DNA of 64,000 bases. Source: Paraspadella gotoi. Its lineage: Eukaryota; Animalia; Chaetognatha. The first letter of the stretch is position 1. Every line of letters begins with the position of its first letter. The notes under the pieces are model-generated. The model was not told the DNA's origin. It did not search any database and worked only from the letters and a program-made list of their open reading frames with translations. The translations under genes and the position numbers were made by a program. Shown one piece after another: positions 62,205 to 64,000 of the stretch. Location of the stretch: contig CM119269.1 in assembly GCA_051294375.1 (NCBI GenBank), positions 10,770,883 to 10,834,882 of the forward strand, read 5' to 3'.

Positions 62205-63909
62205 TCATCCACTCCAGGTCTCTTCTCTTTTCTCCTTCTCTTTCCGCTTCTCTCCAAACAGCAACGCAATCTCTTCCAACTGCACGTTCTTGGTTTCCGG
62301 TACAAAAAACCAAGTGAAGATGAAGCCGACGAAGCAGAAGGCGGCGTACATCCAGTAGCATCCGTAGGAGTGGACGGAGAAGCGGAGCGCGTCGAAGGAT
62401 TTGAGGATGACGAAGCGCGAGAGATTGGAGGCGAGAATTGAGATCGACGACCCGTAGCCGCGCGTCTCCGGAGTGAACACTTCCGACATGATGAGATTGG
62501 GCAGGGGGCCGAACCCCACGGCGAAGAAGGCCGCGTAGCAGAGGAAGGCTACCAGCGTCAATTGCGGGGCCCGATGAGTCGCCGCCTCAGACGCGCCCGC
62601 CACGCCCATAGAGACGCACATGCCCAGGGCGGAGGCCATGAGAAGGAATCGGCGCCCGAGACGATCAATGAGGAAGAAGGAGACGACTGTGGCGGCCAAT
62701 TGACAGAGGCCTAGAGGTGGACGGGATTTTAAAAAGGCAGAATGAGAAATCAACGAGCGAGCGATCGTTTGTTAAAATCTTAAAAACCAGACCAATTCAA
62801 AGTACATAATCAATTTAACATATCAATGTTTAAATCGAGTGGCGAATCCTAAATTCGCCTCCCGTTTAGCTTGGTGAAACTCAGCTCGTCCAATTGGCTT
62901 GGACAGTAAAGTACTCGTTCACCGTGTGTTCCGGTTTCAATCCCCTCACAGTCACGCTGGTTAAGTGTGTTGGTGTCAGTATAAACACAGTGATATGGGA
63001 TGGTCACTGCAGGTCCAAAGCCCTGAGCGCCAGCTGTCTGGAGAAGCCTCACAAATAGGGCATCACACATGTCTCCCCGTTAACAAGAAATATTCACTAT
63101 TCTACTCTAGAGTAGACTAGTGCTCGTTCAAAGTCTTTCGTAGAGGTAGGAAGTTACTATTGTAAATCACCTAAAGGTAAATAATTGCTATGATTATTAT
63201 TCTTTCTGGTTTGAAAGGTTTTACGGTTAATGAAGAAACAAAAAGTAGCAGCCGGCCCTCCAACGGTTTCGATATTTAAACAGAAAAACCGACAAAAGAA
63301 CAATGCTCGGTCCGAACCTAAATAGAAGGCGGCCAACTCGTCGGCCTCGATGCCGCTTCGCTTGAAGACGCTCTCCGCGTTAAAGAGAATCGCGTTGATG
63401 CCCGTGAATTGCATCAAGACTTGGAGGCCGATGATGAGGAAGAGGGGGAGGTAGAACCGAGGGGTCTGGAGGGTGTCGAGGAAGGAGTTGGAGGAGGACG
63501 AGAGGCCCTTCTCGATCTCCTCGAGTTCTTCCTCAATCTCGTCCTCGCTGGAAAAAAAAACGTAGAAGGAAATGTGGCGTGATTGTCACGTGATGGTTAG
63601 GCGAATGTGGCGTGAATATAACGTGAATGTAACATGAATGTTGTCGTCAACCGCCGAACCTGTTGTTCGTTAACGTGCGGATAGTTTGCGCCGCAGATGG
63701 GGTCAACCCTTTCATCAGCAACCAACGAGGGCTTTCAGGCAACTTGAGCATTCCGACTCCGAGGATGGCAGGGGGTAGAGCCGCGAAGACGGCCTGCCAC
63801 TCCCACGTGAGAGGCGAGGCGCCGAACGCGTAGGCGTAAACGAAACCCAGTGACATGGCGATTCTGTAGAAGACGCCCACCATTCCGCGAAGGTGTGCAG
63901 GAGAGACCT
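62205..63909 (-). CDS. MFS sugar porter (Tret1 / SLC2A8-GLUT8-like), last three exons; 5' part lies outside the window
   Basis: Exon 63660-63909: EVSPAHLRG..PESPRWLL. Exon 63318-63547: ..MQFTGINAILFNAESVF. Exon 62205-62710: IDRLGRRFLL..GFGPLPNLIMSEVFTPETRG..FFVPETKNVQLEEI. Introns are phase-compatible GT-AG. Sugar-porter motifs PESPRWL, QFTGIN, DRLGRR and PETK are present. Confidence 0.95.
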
Positions 63910-64000
63910 CTGTAGGACATTCGAGGGACAAAAACAAGGAGAATATTTATCCTGATGTCTTTGGTTTACAAATTTACACAAATGAAACTTCGCTGTTGTG

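Overview
Eukaryotic (animal-like) genomic DNA. It is AT-rich with short GT-AG introns, abundant (GA)n/(GAC)n microsatellites and no obvious CpG depletion. The first ~46 kb looks like indel-rich, long-read gap-filled assembly, with four gaps of exactly 25 N. Most ORF-track entries are microsatellite artefacts. Recognisable genes, all on the minus strand: (1) a thioredoxin-glutathione reductase selenoprotein (12233-16904) with TWO tandem N-terminal glutaredoxin domains, the CVNVGC centre, a C-terminal Gly-Cys-Sec(TGA)-Gly-stop and a type II SECIS; (2) Derlin-2 (17983-18792); (3) the 3' exons of a Tret1/GLUT8-like sugar transporter (62205-63909). There is also a 423-codon orphan first exon (55247-56516) and a probable WD40 exon fragment. 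Large-scale structure: an ~11 kb palindrome centred near 5540, an ~9 kb direct duplication (18964-28054 / 30508-39398) with a third partial copy, and a 1 kb duplication across a gap; much of this may be assembly artefact. Repeats include a tRNA-derived SINE, a Mutator-like MITE nested in a second SINE copy with a provable 9-bp TSD, and 44-bp and 22-bp minisatellites. Best candidates for novelty: the double-glutaredoxin TGR, a strong bias to GT-pyrimidine 5' splice sites, and possible intron-split Helitron Rep-like peptides in the amplified unit.
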